Positions 1 through 12,715 of a stretch of 64,000 nt of DNA are shown one piece after another. Source of the DNA: Phoronis australis. Lineage: Eukaryota > Animalia > Phoronida. Both the position numbers and the translations under genes were made by a program. The first letter of the stretch is position 1; the number at the start of each line of letters is the position of its first letter. Where the stretch lies: positions 57,075 to 121,074 of the forward strand of contig NMRA01000364.1 of the NCBI GenBank assembly GCA_002633005.1. The letters are read 5' to 3'. The notes below the pieces were generated by a model. That model searched no databases and was not told the origin of the DNA. It saw nothing but the letters and a program-made list of their open reading frames with translations.

Positions 1-1729
1 CTCAATAAATGTCGTGAAGAAGACGTGTTTTGTATGAAATTAATACTATCACCAAAAAAACTTAGAACGGAGAAAAAACGGTTAACTTTCAGAGACATCA
101 GATTTAACTGTTTACCTGCTTATTCCTTTGTGTGACAGTACGCTGTGACCCCATATATACGGCGTTTTTCCCGTTGATACCAACTTGTTCGATTCTATAG
201 CCCAACAACAAGTTCGGAAGATGGCCCTGTATAGCCAGCTATATCTTACCCGACTGATTATTCTGGCATTTATGGTTGGGCGACCAGCTGTATTTTGTTC
301 GATAATTACTCACTCCAATAAGATCGTATCTAGCCAGACTGGGCTGTGCTGTTAAAAATAAAAGTTAAGTTACAACCGTTATTTGAGCATAAACCAATAG
401 CACTGAATTCCTAGTCAAATGCTGATCATGTTTAGTTTTTGAATCGCCAACTAAAATCGCCCTGACTACAACCGAAGTTACGACAATCTATTCTTTCCGA
501 ACGTATCAATTCGCTCTGGCGGGTTTGACTGTGTTCACACATGGTAGGCAATAAGCCTGATAGATATTGGCCTGCCTGTTGTCACACCAGCAGACTGTGC
601 TTGGCAGTTAATAAAGAAGCAAGATGTTATCACACGCTCACCACCCTCTACGTCTGGTAAAGTCACTGAACGGGAGAACGCGGTCATGCGCTTACTACCA
701 TAACATTGTGTAGGCGACAACACCAAAGGGGTTGTTGGTCAAGTTTAATAGAACGTGATCTGTTGGAAATTTCTTGGTTTTAACAGTCCAGGGTAATGGT
801 ATGTAACACGATCAAACCACCAGCACATTCATGTAAATGAGTAGTTTAGCGACCATATTGTTTTATGGTTGACCAGTCTTACATTTAGCAATGTGAGTTG
901 TGGTGAAGTACAGCTAGTTTTCACGCGACATTAACCTGCCCTTAATATCCGGTTGTGTTTTACCTTTTGTAAGTAACATTGATTGTTTACCTTTGATTTG
1001 TTGGTTCGTTTGTTCCATAGAATACGTCGGATTTAGCTTGTGTATAATTGTGTTTGTCGGGTGAATCTTAAAAATGGCTTTTGGTCGGCTTGTCGAGTGA
1101 ATAGTCTCTTTCACTTGTCGAGTTATGCGAGCCTTATTTTCTTCTTATTCTACTCTGACATATCTATCGATCCCACTCAGTGACATTTTGTCGTGTAGCG
1201 TGTTGTATGAATGAATGAAATCATTCTTTATTATCGTGTTTCAACTGCTAACAGCGTAGTACGCACTCCGAGCCCACAAATCGGCATTTAAGGCACCGTT
1301 GATAAAAGTGGAAATACATCTTGTAATTATTAGACTTAATTGCTTCATTTTATTTCTGCCGGCAGATCATAGTACGAGACTAGTCACGAAATATATTACG
1401 GCCGTGTTTATACTGATTCAGAATAGTCTTGGTAGTATGCGCCATATTTGTTTACTCGAGTCAGTTTTCACAAGATATATGCAAGACAAGTCCCGGGCAA
1501 GTGTGAGATGCGTCCAAAATGCCAGACTGCAGACATTGACAAAAATCAGCAGTGAGTACAGAGCTGTGGGCGAGGTCAAATGTTTTCTCACATCCTACTG
1601 ACTAGAAGCTATAGGGTGCATGTTTCACTGTAACCTGTGTATTATAATCCAGGCACATTTGTGGTGAACAGACGGGAAAATGACGTAATGATGTAATTTG
1701 ATGTTTGCGGTGAACGGACGTCGGGAAAG

Positions 1730-2223
1730 ATGACGAAACTAACGCACTTTGGAAATACAGTGGAATCTGCAGGAGAATTTGGGTTATTTCAAAAGTTGAC
1801 ATTCGTCTTGTTGTCTCTTATGGCAATTCCTAGTGCTATGGTGACTTTAAATTATGCATTCACGGCTGCTACGCCAAATTTTCAGTGCTTGAAAAATACA
1901 AACAAGCAAGAAAATGTCACTTATCAAGCAAATCAAACTGTCGTTTTGGTCAGCACTGACTCAGTAGATAACTTCAATGCTGAGTTTCGAGCAAGTTCAC
2001 AGTGCACCGAGACCTCTCGAAATGTCTCTCGTGATGGATTTCATTTCCAAGATGTGCGACGTCCGTGTACAACGTGGGTATTCGACAAATCACAATACAC
2101 CAACACCTTTGCTACTGAATGGAATTTGGTTTGTGACAACAGCTGGCTATTGGCTTCTTCCCAGGCGGTGCACATGTTCGGGGCCATTGTCGGTGGTGTT
2201 ACGTCGGGACGTTTGGCGGACAG
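1730..2223 (+). CDS. SLC22-like exon 1 (TM1, large extracellular loop, TM2)
   Basis: MTKLTHF...CTTWVFDKSQYTNTFATEWNLVCDN...GRLADR; donor GT at 2224. Confidence 0.92.
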
Positions 2224-5200
2224 GTTTGTATTTTCGCAGAACTGGGTACCGTTCCGTAACCTAAGGAGTGCTAGGGCCTGGCTAAAATCTAACCAAAATC
2301 AGTTACCTGTTCTCATTTGAAATACACAGCAATATCTCACGTAAGCTCGCGAAGTATTCATGAAAGCTGAGCCACTATACCCACTACTTCCGGCAAACTA
2401 ACTCGTTTTGATCATATAATTACCGGTAGCCTATAACAAATTGTTCCTTCCTCGTCCGAGGCAGACGAGAACTGGTTCTTGGCTAGACTCACTATAAAAT
2501 TCAGATGTTTTAAAAGTGATGCCATTTACTTTTAGATCCAGGTTACTTAATGCATGCCATACTCTACCGCCTTTTTGCTTAATGGTTCAATTATACGGAG
2601 CAGTTCAGCCAGGTTAAGTACCTCGGTCATACTCTGGACAAATGATCAGCGATGACGCTGATACTGTTCGCCTGCCTGTGCGTAGGCACAGCAGTTAAAT
2701 ATGTGCTCGTACTAACAGTGTGAAAAATTCAGATGTGTTCACTTGAAGTTAAACTTAAAATATTCTTCACCTGCCTATTTGTCGTGGAAATTTAACATCT
2801 CAACTATTTATACGTTCTTAACTCGAGTGTCGTCTTGAAGATCGATTAACCATTTCGGGTGAAATCGAGTTATTACTTGAGGAGCGGAAATTTTTCTGGT
2901 CGAAGGTCGAGTTACGTTTATAGGTCAATGATCCTGGTTACCTTGATTATAACATTAAACATTATGTCGTACACAAATAGCTCTGATCTGAAACATTTTT
3001 GGACATCAGCTAATTTCTCATTTATATCTCTTTCAGATATGGCCGTAGGATAATACTGATCGTTTGCACAATAGTAACAGCTGCAATAAATGTCGCCGAG
3101 AGCTTCTCGCCGAGTTACGCAGTATTAGTGATCCTCAAGCTACCAAGTGGGCTATTCAAAAATGCTATGTGGATGACAAGCTATGTTATGAGTAGGTTTC
3201 ATACAAGCACCACTACTAACATCTTCTGGTTTGGATACGTTGAATTAAAGTTCCAAGCAGCGGTAGGTCAAACCGCTTGCTCAAACAACTAACTGGAAGA
3301 AATCAATTAATTAGACTGCTATAAAACCTTCGGTTGTCGCAATCATTGAACTCCATTCGGTTTATAATTCATCCGCCGTATTACAAAAAAATAATAAAAT
3401 AAAACAAAGGGTACCACCCAAAACATGAACAAAGGCAATGATTTTCAAACATCCCGCTGCACGAGGCTCCATATGTAGTTCTTTCACTTCATTTTTGTTA
3501 AATCTTCTAAAAGCAAACAGAAAACCAATTTAACATTATTCGTTTCCATGAGATGGTCCTTCAACACGGCATTGTTTTCAAAATAATTTGAAGTAGAATT
3601 CTTAAGGAGGCCTGGAACGTGACAAACAGATTAAACTGCAGTATTGATAGTGCTTCTCTTCCACTGAAACATAATTCAACCTGCTCACCACGTATTTTTA
3701 GGGTTTGTTCGTAAAGATGTTTAATTTTTGTTGATATCAGAGCGTTTTCTTTTAGTTTCAAATGTCAAAAAAGAAAACGATCTGTCATTTGCTCGCAACT
3801 TCGTCAAATTTTCTCCTACAGGGCAAAACACGTCTCCTTATTTGGTATGACAAGACATAGACGTAGCACATTTCTCTTATGGAAAATGTGACCTCAGACC
3901 TCAAGCGACTGTGAGTGCATGAGCCCATTTTTTTTAAGTGGGAGGGAGATTAGAAATTCTGAGGTAACTACTGAGATTTTCCTTCGCGCGTATTTCAAAA
4001 ATCGTGAATTTTGTGATCTTTTTCTGGAAATTTCCTCACAGGGTAAAGTGAATTACTCTGTGTTAGACTTTGCGAGATGGTACTTTGGTCAGGAATTGTT
4101 TAAAAGATATTTTTTACGAGCTTTCGCGTTCCATGCCTCTTTAGTCTACTTCTGGTGGAGTCCCAACAAAATTACAGCGCAAGTGTAGGCTGGCATTGGA
4201 AGTCACTTTCTGTGAACATAGGAAAACAGGGTCATCATTTGAGAGACCCTCTTATTTTCATGGTGTTTCTTGACTTATGAGACTCATTCAACGTTTTAAA
4301 CAGATCAAAACAAAGGAAATGGTGTACTTAAAACGAAAAAAGCACCTGCATGTATATATTTGACAGTTCATTTTCACGCAAACCCACATGTACCTTCAAA
4401 CCGTCAGTTTCTATGGATTATACTTTCTGAAAATTACATAAATTTAACTGAGATATATGTTGGGCCCTTCTTGGACGAGACAAATGCAGACAGCTGTTTT
4501 CTTATGAAATTCCACATCTGAACATGGTGTTTTCGAGAGCTGGCATATGTTTTGTATACATGTAGCTTTTTTAAATGTTAATTATGGACACTTCCCTAGT
4601 TTTAAAATGTCGTTCTAGTCCTTGAGTTCACGGGGACGTCATGGCGCTCTGTTGTTGGTGTTGGTATTCAGTTTTTCCACGTGACTGGTGTCGTCTGCCT
4701 CGCATTGCTTGCTTATCTTGTGCGAGACTGGAGAGATTTGCAGCTTTATTGCGGTCTGCCGTTTACTGCGCTGTCCGTTTTGTACTGCTGGTAAGAATAT
4801 GCACTGGTTGTGATTTGGGTTTTGAAATAACGAGGTAACAAATGTATGCATTTTGACAATATGTGTGCTGCCACTTATTGAACATGTGTTATTAATTTCG
4901 GTGTATTAATCAGCCATGACGAAGATTTTCAATTCTTCGTAACGGTTGCAAAATATGGCTACTTAGTTATTGACTTGACAAGTACGACGTTGTGACCCGC
5001 AATGGCGGAAATCTGCTTTCCTCAAGACACCCCTTTTGTGTTCAATGTTACTTTACAGCATATGATAAAATAATTTCGATGTGTACTCATTGAACATCAA
5101 TTTATGACGTTTCAGTTTTGTTTTCGAATCTCCCCAATGGTTGCTGGCGACGGGAAGGTATCGTCAAGCTAACAGGTTACTTCATAAGATTGCCCGAGTC

Positions 5201-8200
5201 AATCGTTTACGATTTTCAAAGAGCTTCATTTTTGTCGCGGAGTTGGAAGACTTGGAGGGGAATCAGAAAGCCTGCCACGACACCCATTCTGTTGACACCG
5301 CTAACATCGAAACAGTAGAAAACAGTAATGCACTTCATGTTGCTCCTCAGAAGAAAAATAAAGAAAACGTTTCCCCGGTTATAAAACTGTTCTCGTCTAG
5401 AAGACTGTTATTTCGTATGTTGGTGCTATGGCACATTTGGTAAGTGAAACTCGTTGTCTTGAACACCACATTTCGTTGCATAGGCTTACCTGGTTTTCTG
5501 TGTTCAAGCTTGATGTGTTTGACTCGACCTAGATTTAAGTTTATCTGTCAGTTATCACAGGCAGAGACGTGAACGGAAATGTAAATTCCCGAAAGATTGT
5601 TTACAGCGTGGCGTGGTTGGGTTCTTGAATACAACTAAAAAGTTCGAATTCTAAAAGGATAACGATAGTTCGATGAAAAGAATGTTTAGTTGTGACAAGG
5701 AATGTTAAAGAGGCATGGAACGCGAAAGATCGTCAAAAATATGTTTTCAACAATTCCTGACAAAAATACCATCTCTCAGCGTCTAGTACAGAGGTGTTCA
5801 CTTTCTCACGTGAGTAAAAATCCAGAAAACATCTCGATTTTCACGATTTTGAAGTACTCGCGAAGGAAAAACTCTATGGTTACCACATAGTTTCTAATCT
5901 CCCTCTCACTTACGATAAATGCGCGCATGCGCTCACAGTCAGTTGCTTGAAGTTGCTTGAGGTCAAAGTCTCATTTCTCATATAAGGAAAACATGCTACG
6001 TGTATGTCTTGCCATACTAAATAAGGAGTCGTGCTTTGCCTTGTGGGAGGAAAATCGACGAAGTGGCGATCAGTTGGCAGATCGGTTTTTTGAAATTTGA
6101 AACTAAAAGAACAGGCTTTGATATCCACAGAAATTAAAAATCTTTACGAACAAATCCTAAAAATACCTGGTGAGCAGGTTAAATTCTGTACTTATATGAC
6201 ATGGAAAGATTATAGAATGCACATCATCCATCGAATTTGGTCACGGCCAACTACACAATATTCCCTGAACTTATGTCAATTGATATGCTATTATTTTCTT
6301 AAGTGTTTTTTTTCTTAGGTTAACTATCATATTCACATTTTACGGACTGTCTCTTTATGCTGCGGATCTCAGCGGGAACGACTACATCAACTTCGCAGTC
6401 GCCGGAGCTGTGGAAATCCCCGCCTATTTGTTGGCTGCAGTGCTCAGCAGAACATGGAGCCATCGTCTGCCGTTGGCAATTTCGCTACTTCTCTGTGGCG
6501 TCTTCATGCTATGTTCTGCTGCTTTTCCGCCTGGTACGTCGATGCCTATTTTTAAAAAATAAGAGTTCAGGGAGATGAGCGTAGCGCATGTTTTTATAGT
6601 TGCGGAGATCCTGTCAAGGTTCATTATCCGCTTTCGAAATGGTCCGTCGAAAAGATGGCAACCCGACGTAGATGGAACAAACTCGCAAAAACCCAAGATA
6701 ACGCAGACTTGGCTTGATATCCTTATGTTACAAACAAACCACGCCATCACACAGTCACTAGCTTCGCGAGATTCTCTAGTCTTCGGAACTCGACCCAGGT
6801 TTTGAAAAAATCAAAAAAACTGTTTCTGTCACTTACAAAGAGATAAAACATAATTGAGGGATAACTTCTGCGTCAGTTACATTATAATACTTGCAGGTTC
6901 GATGGTCTTTATTTACAAGCGTCTAATAATTCGCTCTTAGCACTAGTCGCGCTTGCTGATTAGCGCACGTTTTTATTCTAAAAATTTGGATTGGGTTCCA
7001 AAGCATCATTTTGCTTCAAGTGCTGTACATGTGGTCGCAGTTGACATCTCTGTGGTGAATGGGTTTTTAGTGATAGTGAAGTCTTGTTATTATTTTATGT
7101 GTTTATTACTTTAATTTGCAATTGTTTTCATTCAGAATCTATTGCCATAACAGTGCTGGCTATGGCGGCAAAGTTGAACACGTCCGTAGCATTGGCTGTA
7201 GTATTCACTCTCACCGTTCACATATTTCCCACTGAAGTGCGAGGTTTTGGAGTCGGAGCATGCGCTTCTGTATCACGACTGGGTGGGGTTACAGCGCCGT
7301 ATGCTTTGCTAATGGTAAGATAAACTCTTGGTCGTGTGGAGTAGCTTGGGGGACCGCATCGTACCTCAGTGGCGATACCGACCGGGGCTTTTTTCTCGGC
7401 CTAGGCATGAAGAGTCCCAGCTGTGACACCGTCTTTGTTTGAGGGATTGCAGATTTTTGTACTTGTGGCTGGACGTCTAGGACTTGTGACTTTGGATGCG
7501 TTCGTTTAAAGCAGTCATAAACCCACTTCCTGTCCAAGAAGAGAAATTTTGATTTAGATCGTTTACCGCTATAAAATTGGTCTGAACTTGTTCGTTAATG
7601 AGATGAGAAGTGATTTCGGGGTTATTACAAAGAAACTATCAGTTTGTATAGCCTTGAATGAAAAAGCAATCATTTTAGCATCGTATTTGGTTAAATTGTG
7701 AGTTTCTGGTTTTTCCCCTTTTGTTTTCGGATGGATTCGACGTATTCGGTCCGCTTCACCTGCTGGCCATTTTTACTAGCTGTTTTTGGCACCCGCATCT
7801 CTACCGACCAAACCACTCATTGATCATTATGGAAACTGGCGCATGTGTTCCTCTGACTGGAGGTAAAAGTAATCCCGGTTTGGCCCCCAGTGCACCATAT
7901 AGTTTGCGGTAATGCCCCTGTCTGTAGCTACGGCATACAGTTGCTTTGTCTTTCCTAAACATCGTGTTGGAAAGCAATATAGGTCTACCGATATAACTGC
8001 TCGAACTGAGCGAATCACCTAGAACTGTAATCGACTGTAATGTTTCTTAAAGAATACGGTCTTATATGTATGTTTTATTCATTCCAGAGTAATATCAGCA
8101 AATCTCTCCCTCTGCTGGTGTTTGGAGCATTAGCACTAAGTGCTGGTTTCCTGACAATGACTCTACCAGAAACCTGCAATTTACCATTACCAGATTCCAT

Positions 8201-8264
8201 AAGTGACGCCGAGGCTCAAGTCGTCACTTCAATCATATCTTGCAAGAACAGAAGACGGAAGTAA
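1730..8264 (+). CDS. SLC22-family organic cation/anion transporter-like MFS protein, 7 coding exons, 571 aa
   Basis: Exons 1730-2223, 3037-3191, 4619-4790, 5116-5439, 6319-6533, 7136-7314 and 8088-8264 have GT-AG boundaries and join in frame (1716 nt). SLC22 hallmarks: GEFGLFQ, Cys-containing first loop with TFATEWNLVC, motif A GRLADRYGRR, VRDWRDLQ, ESPQWLL, FYGLSL, GAVEIPAY, FPTEVR, SRLGG, LPET. Confidence 0.93.
3037..3191 (+). CDS. SLC22-like exon 2
   Basis: tttcag acceptor; YGRRIILIVCTIVTAAINVAESFSPSYAVLVILKLPSGLFKNAMWMTSYVM; donor gtaggt. Confidence 0.88.
3606..4140. mobile_element. Non-autonomous TIR DNA transposon (Kolobok-like termini), copy A
   Basis: Left end TTAA-GGAGGCCTGGAACGTGA and right end TCGCGTTCCATGCCTCT-TTAG are imperfect inverted repeats with a TTAA-type target site; a related inverted copy starts at 5709. 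Confidence 0.6.
4619..4790 (+). CDS. SLC22-like exon 3
   Basis: ttctag acceptor; LEFTGTSWRSVVG...LAYLVRDWRDLQL; donor gtaaga. Confidence 0.9.
5116..5439 (+). CDS. SLC22-like exon 4 (central cytoplasmic loop)
   Basis: tttcag acceptor; FVFESPQWLLATGRYRQANRLLHKIARVN...MLVLWHIW; donor gtaagt. Confidence 0.9.
5709..6186. mobile_element. Same TIR element family, copy B, inverted relative to copy A and truncated
   Basis: TTAA-AGAGGCATGGAACGCGAAAG is the reverse complement of 4121-4140; 6095-6185 matches the reverse complement of about 3675-3765. Confidence 0.6.
6319..6533 (+). CDS. SLC22-like exon 5
   Basis: ttcttag acceptor; LTIIFTFYGLSLYAADLSGNDYINFAVAGAVEIPAY; donor gtacgt. Confidence 0.9.
7136..7314 (+). 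CDS. SLC22-like exon 6
   Basis: ttcag acceptor; SIAITVLAMAAKL...HIFPTEVRGFGVGACASVSRLGGVTAPY; donor gtaaga. Confidence 0.9.
8088..8264 (+). CDS. SLC22-like exon 7 (TM12, LPET motif, stop)
   Basis: attccag acceptor; SNISKSLPLLVFGALALSAGFLTMTLPETCNLPLPDSI...RRRK*. Confidence 0.9.
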   Translation, partial: SNISKSLPLLVFGALALSAGFLTMTLPETCNLPLPDSISDAEAQVVTSIISCKNRRRK

Positions 8265-8344
8265 GATTATAAAATCATGAAAATTAGGCACACGCTTTGC
8301 TAGCAAATATCAGCCAGAAAAAAAGAGACTTCAATTGCGGATTC

Positions 8345-8470
8345 AGGGGTCGGGTCAAGGATTTTAAAAAGGGGGTCCAAATCTACAATTTGAACATTTT
8401 AGATTTGATATCACTAAAATCTAGAGAAAGAGGGTGCAGACCCTCTTTACCCCCTCCTGGACCCACCTAT
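8345..8470. mobile_element. Short MITE remnant (CAGGGG..GG.TC.AGG-type termini)
   Basis: caggggtcgggtcaagga ... tcctggacccacctat imperfect terminal inverted repeats with G-rich and C-rich subterminal runs. Confidence 0.35.
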
Positions 8471-11400
8471 AGTCTTCATGAAAACCTTCCTTTGTACAAG
8501 TACATACACCCTCTCCCTTTATCCCAAATTTAATCAAATATCATTACAATTTGTCGCCCTCTACTGTTATCTCCCGGCACTTAGTCGATGACGAATTGTT
8601 GATTTGCCGTATCATTGAGTGTATAGAACTACACATATCCTTACATTGATTTATGTGGCAAATTGTCGCTCACCTTTCCAGTTTTACGTGTTTATATTGA
8701 CTGTGATTGTGGATAGACACACTTACTACCTACTCGTTGTCAGCCACCCCGAGTATCCACATGCTTTCCATGTACCGCTACAGACTTTCCAAGTTTTCCA
8801 GAAAAGGACGTTTGTGCCGAAATCGCCGAGGCGACATTTATTCGGCTATTTTCACTGTCGCACTCGACCATTAGCTTGTTGTGACAGACGTAGTTGTCTC
8901 CTGTGTCACGCGCTATGATGAATCGAAATATTTATTTTTTAAATCATATAAAACTTACATTGGAGAGGGGGACAGGGGGAGAGCCTAGAGGGAGAGATCG
9001 AGAGAGAGAGATGGTCTTGAGATCAAGTGGGACTTCACAACCAAAACATTAAAATTCAATCATTCAAAGAATGGACAGGAGAACTGTATATTTTGAAGTG
9101 TCTACACATGAAATTTTAAAAGACGTAGTGAATGAACGTCAGATGCGATATGTGAGTCACTCACAAAGCACCAAGAAGAGTTTGACAGGACCAGTAAAAT
9201 ATGATTTGCGCGGGAAATTCGCTACACAAGCTTGTCATTGTAAACGTATGTGATAACCGTTGTGCCGAAACTGAAGAATATAGTAGAGAAGGAGCGTGAG
9301 ATAAAGGCTAATAAATGTTTGCCACGAGATCCATCATCGGGAATATTACGTAAGAAACCCCTGTAATTGTACAATGGCTGTATAAATAACATGAATATAA
9401 CATGAAACGTTTTCATTATTTCACAGTATGCGAAGTGATCATTGCCATGTAGATGGAGGAACGTAAAAGCAAATCGTCAGCGAATGCCATGCCGATTGAA
9501 TAAAGATCCAACGTGGCGATGATAAAGAGCACAAGACCACCATACGCCTTCGTTAGAGTCCTTGCAGGACGAATAGAGCCGGATTACCAATTGCGAGGAC
9601 GTGGCGCAGACTCATACAGAGCCATATAAGGCCTGGCAACTGGACCAGAGGGATGACTATTGCGACGCTTATCTGCGCGTTTTAATAATACGGTGATGTT
9701 ACAAATACAAACGTATTATAGGATTGCTTTTAATCCATTTTAAAGGATAGCATATCCGGGTTTGATTAATAGGCCAAAAAATATTAGCTAGCGCCGCATT
9801 AACACTTAAATGTTTGGAAGTAACAAAGCTCTGATGACCTTCGCCAAATTTAATCCATTTAATTTAATTTAAAGGATACCAGATCCGGGTTTGACTATTA
9901 ACGATTAACAATTATATGTTTGAAACAAAACAACAATCTGTTCATCTGCACTTGATTCAAGTTGGAGAACTTAAACATATGTCGAATCTCCAATTAGCGT
10001 GATTAGGCTTCCAACGACTTAATAGACGACTGTGGGGAAAGGCCCCGCTTCTTGAACCACTCATTCCATTTTGTGACAGTGAGGCCAGAGGTTTAGCTGA
10101 ACAATGCTTTCATGTTTGGGTAAAGTACTAACTACATGATAGATTTAACTGAAGCGATTTTATGATAAAAACGTGTTTTCAGTTGTATCTTTTTATACAT
10201 GAGAACTTGTTCACTCAGTCTCCGTTTAGACTCTGAGTAAACAAAAAACGTAGTACAGTTAAATTTCAGTGAAACTGCATGTCTCACTGAACAAAAATCA
10301 GAGGTTTTCGACCTATGCCAAGGACGCTGACTTAAGCAAACGGCCATGATTTTGGTCGAAAACTTACCCAGGCTGTCACCAGACAATCTGTAAAAAAATT
10401 TGAAGGAAATTGGAAAGACCAAAATTCTAAATAAACTGTGTAGAAGTGCTGCACACAAGCAACCGACTAGTACTAATCACATGCCCAAAGAAAACTGTTG
10501 AATCAATACATCAGAGTATATTTAATAACCCATAGTACATAATATAACCAATCACCCTGTTTAGCTTTACAAAATACTGGGAAAAGCACTGAGCTCTCAT
10601 TTTCCCAGAAGCACTGGTTATAATGGAAACACAAAATACAAAACTAGTATTAAATCACTGATGACATTCCATCAGTTTTCACACGTTGCCATTAGCACTT
10701 ACTGTAAATGAAGAGAATGACCCAATCTCAGATTTCACACAGTTGCAGACTCGAAACTTAACACGTCACAGTGTCTAGGCTCGCGCTAGCTGATAGTAGA
10801 ACTAACTCCAATCGCCAACTTGTGTAGGGGAGGGGGGGGGGGGGCANCTATTTCGGCAGTAGCCGAAAGAAAGCAGGGTACAGAAAATGTCAACTTGTTA
10901 CTTAAAAAGTTTTATATTTACTACACTGCAAGATTTAGCTTTGTTTTGCAAACCACCAGTTGAGTTAACGTTTTTGGACCTCAACATCTTGTTCCTAAAA
11001 ATGCCCATGTGGCCCGGGTAACCCAGCCCTAACCAGAGGATTGAGAGAATCTCTGCCCAATTTTTTAGGTCAACATCAATGAAATTTCCATGTAGCCCGC
11101 GTACCCAACCGTAACCCAGGGACAGGGGGAACCCCTGCCCATCTTTTAAAGTAAACGTCATTTAAATGCCTATGTGCAGGCCATAAACCTGAGATAGAAG
11201 GTATTTGCTAAAGCATTTTGAAAACAGTTTAAAGTTTGGCCATTTTGGTTAATACCCTTATAAGTCTAGTGCGAGCAATTTTAGCATTGCACCACATTGA
11301 AGAACCAGCTGAGGACATCAACTGATCTCTGGCAGACTACTCAACATCTAGTCAAAGTGACTCATTCCCTTCAAGTACACAAACAGGCAAGCATGCTAAA

Positions 11401-12331
11401 ACTCCTCAATGGCAAGAGTACTCGAAGCAGTTTGAGAAGAGCATAAACACAAACCTATTCTTAAGACAAGACACCCAAATTAATAAAGACAGAAGAGGTT
11501 TTGATACAAAAAATACATGTACACACAGCAGTGATGTGTAAAAACTAACATCAAGTAAGACTCAAGAAAACGAAAAAAATACGGAGATTATGCAACGATG
11601 GGTTTCAAATAAAATACAGAAAGTTAGAAAAATGTCAAAAGTCAGTTTGATATAACAAAGTATTACTGAGCAAAAACCCTTGCAAAATTCTAACCAACAG
11701 GGATTTGCAACCCACCAAAACAAATACCATGTGAGGGCAACAACGGTTGGCAATAGCTACAGGGATCCTGGATTTCGAAAACCAATTTGATGCCTGTTAT
11801 TCAGTGGATAAAACGTGGGGACGCCTGTAGGTACATATTACCTGACCATCACAGTAAACATCCTAAAGCAAGTTCAAGGAAACGAACATCAGGCTAAAAA
11901 ATTCTTAGAAATGGTCTTGGCAAAGATAACTCAGCAGTACAGCTACCGTAACGATAATATCATAGGGAGGAAAGTTCAAGATTCGAAGAGAAATAAAAAA
12001 CGCAGTAACCCAAACAGCCAGCTATAAATGCTTACAAGAACAACATACACTTGTAACATGTTAACACAATAACACAATACTACATAAGAACAGTAGCAAA
12101 TGAAAACGAATAACTGGACGAAACCACGCCAGAATTGAATGCAGGTAATTCTCATATAAAAATAGACATGCCACAATTCAAATAACAAATGAAAATGGAA
12201 TGTTTTCTTAATAAAAAATATCACATGTATAAATCCAAACATAGGAGTGTCCACAGAGATTTGTACCTCCACTAAGTACATTTGATCATAGTAGAACGGA
12301 ACATCAGGTCTTTCTAAAAACAAAAGTGCTA

Positions 12332-12715
12332 CCGTATTGCCGTGGCATTAAGGCTATGACCGTCTGTGCAGACCTGTGCTAATATGCAAAACTTAGATGC
12401 ATGCACCACTATGTCAACCACTTGTGTAAAAAAGGCCACGAAAAGACATTATTTTGGATATAGGCCTAAAGGCATGAAATACAGTAATACCGAACTATTT
12501 GCCAAATTTCTTGAAAATATGCTAACAAAATCCAAAGATACAAACGTAAAAAAATGCCATTAGGAGACACAGCACTAGTCCAAACGTGTGCCAATATGGA
12601 ACCTCACCTTGGCTTATATGCAAAACTTAGGTACATGCGCCAATATGCAAACCACTATGGCAAAAATGCTATTATTTCCAACATAGACCAATGGCCTCAA
12701 TGCGGGGCAATACAG
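12332..12715. mobile_element. Tc1/mariner-pogo-type MITE with TA target duplication
   Basis: TA-CCGTATTGCCGTGGCATTAAGGC ... GCCTCAATGCGGGGCAATACAG-TA inverted termini; internal direct repeat atatgcaaaacttag at about 12383 and 12616. Confidence 0.65.

Noticed and set aside
3561-6318. Two similar short ORFs (MKLKENALIST / MKLKEQALIST) as paralogous small proteins
   Set aside because: Both lie in copies of one non-coding MITE and start at non-ATG codons.
7340-7425. Possible tRNA-derived SINE head (TACCTCAGTGG)
   Set aside because: Only a degenerate A-box-like match, no convincing B box, and no second copy in the window.
10827-10847. G-run as a G-quadruplex element
   Set aside because: It is a homopolymer next to an N join, so its length and context are unreliable.
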